Of a stretch of DNA of 20,000 bases, positions 18,042 to 20,000 are shown one piece after another (the stretch's first letter is position 1; the number at the start of each line of letters is the position of its first letter). Source of the stretch: Trichomonas gallinae (taxonomy: Eukaryota); contig MRSU01011195.1 in the NCBI GenBank assembly GCA_008369845.1, forward strand, positions 50,174 to 70,173, read 5' to 3'. A program made the translations under genes and the position numbers. The notes under the pieces are model-generated. The model had not been told where the DNA came from and made no database searches. It saw nothing but the letters and a program-made list of their open reading frames with translations.

Positions 18042-18062
18042 TTTAAATAATAACGTACAAAA

Positions 18063-19481
18063 ATGGCGACTCCTGTAGAACCAACAATACACTCAACGGA
18101 CCAAGTTATTCTTTCTCGCATTACGAGAATGGCAGGAATCCCAGAAGAGCTTAGACAAAGAATTATGCTTTTTAAACAGAGTTTTATTAACTCATCAAAT
18201 TCAATTGTTCGACAAAGGCAATCTTTAGCTGCTAGTATAGCTAAATACAAAGAAAAAAGTCGAAGTTGCACTATTCATAAAACACAAATTCAACATCTTC
18301 AGGTAGATCTCGAAAGAGTTCTTCAAGAAATTGAAGATTTGAAATTTAACTCATCAGATGTACTCCATTTACGAGATCAAATTGAAGAACAACAAAAAAT
18401 TGTTGATCAAATGAATCATCTTCTTGAAGAAACAATATCTCAAAAAGAAAAGGCAGAAACGAATAGAAAGATGAAAATACAAGAAATCGAACAAATCAAG
18501 CAACAAAAGGTTATTGTAAATGGCACATTAAACGCACAATGGGACAAGCATTCAGAACTTACTAAGAAACTCGGTGACAATGAAACGCAAGCACAGCAGC
18601 TCCGTAATTCCAATGAAGAAAGGCAGCGTGCTATCTCAACAATGGAAGCGAACGCTGAAGAATGGAGAAGAAACATGAACAGAAAAGAAACGCAAATTGA
18701 TGAAGAAATAAATAAACTTCAGAAGGAAATCACATCAATTGAGACGCAAATCAATGATGTTTCGAGTGAGAAGAACGAAGCTATTTCAAGCTACCAGCAT
18801 CAGATATCAACATTGAACGCAGAAATCGACTCTCACAACGAAAAAACAAAAGATCAAGTCAGAGAAATTGGTTCGATGAAAGCGAACATTGAGCACATCG
18901 TAGAAGAGTCGCAGAGGCTCAAAGAAGAATCACAGCAGGCAGGTGAAGAACTCGCTGAAAGGAAGAAAGAGCTGGCAACACTAATGGGCGAGCTTGCAAC
19001 AAGAATGTCGCTGCCTGAAACGCAGACAAAAGAAATCGCAACACTTGAACTGGACAACAGGCAATTGAAGAAACGCGTTGAAGAGCTAAAATCCATGTGG
19101 CAGGCATCAACTAACGAAGTTGAGGAACTCGCTGATAAAATATCCAGAGCCAAAATCGCAAAATACGACCCTGCTGCACAAGAAGCCGCCATCAGAGAAA
19201 GAATTTTGAGAGATTCTGCAATAAGAGTCCAAGAAATTGTCGACTCTGCTATGAAGATGCTGACATGCCCAGAGTGTGGCAAGGTTTTGGAAGTCCCTGT
19301 CACTCTAGTTCCATGCGGACATTGTGTCTGCTACTCACACAAATACCAACAAAACGCAGTTACAAGGCTCTGCCCTAAATGCGGTGAATGCGTCGTTTGC
19401 GCTTACGTTGATAACTCTCTTGCTGTAGTACTATCTAAGTTTGTATACATCAAAGATGTTCTTTCAATGCTCAGCAAATAA
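18063..19481 (+). CDS. Long coiled-coil protein with a C-terminal RING finger (putative E3 ubiquitin ligase)
   Basis: About 350 aa of E/K/Q-rich heptad sequence, then CPEC...PVTLVPCGHCVCYSH...CPKC and a post-RING helix. Confidence 0.85.
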   Translation: MATPVEPTIHSTDQVILSRITRMAGIPEELRQRIMLFKQSFINSSNSIVRQRQSLAASIAKYKEKSRSCTIHKTQIQHLQVDLERVLQEIEDLKFNSSDVLHLRDQIEEQQKIVDQMNHLLEETISQKEKAETNRKMKIQEIEQIKQQKVIVNGTLNAQWDKHSELTKKLGDNETQAQQLRNSNEERQRAISTMEANAEEWRRNMNRKETQIDEEINKLQKEITSIETQINDVSSEKNEAISSYQHQISTLNAEIDSHNEKTKDQVREIGSMKANIEHIVEESQRLKEESQQAGEELAERKKELATLMGELATRMSLPETQTKEIATLELDNRQLKKRVEELKSMWQASTNEVEELADKISRAKIAKYDPAAQEAAIRERILRDSAIRVQEIVDSAMKMLTCPECGKVLEVPVTLVPCGHCVCYSHKYQQNAVTRLCPKCGECVVCAYVDNSLAVVLSKFVYIKDVLSMLSK

Positions 19482-19624
19482 TAATAAATTAAAAACTGTT
19501 TGTATTTTGAAAAATCAAAACATATTAAAAACTGATAACACATGGTTCTAACAACGATGATGTTGTTCTAAAAACCGATGATGGTACAATTCAAAAAAAA
19601 ATGATGTGATACTAAAATTGATGA

Positions 19625-19653
19625 TTTTGCCATGTAAAGTTAAAATGTCAAAA
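19625..19653. repeat. Inverted pair of the TTTTGWCAYGTAAA motif upstream of RPS16
   Basis: TTTTGCCATGTAAAG (19625-19639) followed by TTAAAATGTCAAAA (19640-19653). Confidence 0.55.
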
Positions 19654-19680
19654 TGCAGCAAAAATATTTTGAGGGAAATT

Positions 19681-19705
19681 TGCGGTTTGAAAAGGTCCGT
19701 CCTTT
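19681..19705 (+). promoter_or_regulatory. RPS16 core promoter: M3-like TGCGGTTT plus M5-like CCTTT
   Basis: TGCGGTTT at 19681-19688 fits DRCSGYTD; CCTTT at 19701-19705 ends 2 nt before the ATG. Confidence 0.7.
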
Positions 19706-19707
19706 CA

Positions 19708-20000
19708 ATGAAGAGTGTCCAAGTTTTCGGCCGCAAGAAGACAGCTACAGCTGTTGCCTACTGCTGCGAGGGTACAGGCCTTGTCAAGCTCAATGGCACA
19801 CCAATCAACATGGTTTCCTCTGAAACACTTCGTGCCAAGATCCTCGAACCACTCCAGCTCATCGGCGAAGAGTCCTGGGCTAACCTCGACATCCGCGTTC
19901 GCGTCCACGGTGGTGGCCATGTCGCTCAAGTCTACGCTATCCGCCAGGCTGTTGCTAAGGCCATCGTTGCTTACTATCAGAAGTATGTCGACGAGGCTTC
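19708..20000 (+). CDS. RPS16: 40S ribosomal protein S16 (uS9), 3'-truncated by the window edge
   Basis: Manual translation: [97 protein letters not shown]. Not listed in the ORF track. Confidence 0.98.
   Translation, partial: MKSVQVFGRKKTATAVAYCCEGTGLVKLNGTPINMVSSETLRAKILEPLQLIGEESWANLDIRVRVHGGGHVAQVYAIRQAVAKAIVAYYQKYVDEA

Noticed and set aside
18063..19481. Calling the coiled-coil RING protein BRE1/RNF20
   Set aside because: Only the architecture is similar. The protein is shorter, the RING is followed by an extra helix, and I could not see BRE1-specific residues.
12294..19929. Antisense and frame-shifted ORFs over beta-adaptin, the Q-rich gene, RPS11, the RING gene and RPS16
   Set aside because: Codon-bias shadows of clearly identified genes with no independent motifs.
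1..20000. Spliceosomal introns, tRNA/rRNA genes and autonomous transposons (Maverick, Tc1/mariner)
   Set aside because: All genes read as single ORFs. I saw no ACTAACACACAG-type intron end, cloverleaf, rRNA-like segment or transposase by eye; small RNAs could have been missed.

Overview
Gene-dense, apparently intronless eukaryotic DNA with very AT-rich intergenic spacers. TCAYT initiators just before ATGs, CCTTT before both ribosomal-protein genes and TAAA overlapping several stop codons point to a Trichomonas-like parabasalid (inference). Gene order: partial unknown CDS (-), bacterial-type GH13 alpha-amylase (+), ERGIC-53/Emp47-like L-type lectin (+), WH1/WASP-like proline-rich protein (+), Cdc25 (-), helical hypothetical (-), SPATA17-like IQ protein (-), AP-1/AP-2 beta-adaptin (-), UBA/CUE-like Q/P-rich protein resembling UBAP2L/Def1 (-), RPS11 (-), coiled-coil RING protein (+) and partial RPS16 (+). 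The main unexplained structure is a non-coding motif, TTTTGWCAYGTAAA, present about 20 times in intergenic DNA. It forms an exact 43-bp-period palindromic array (8757-8928), a 19-bp-period six-copy array (10785-10893) and inverted pairs upstream of other genes. All homology calls are by eye from remembered family motifs; no searches were run.
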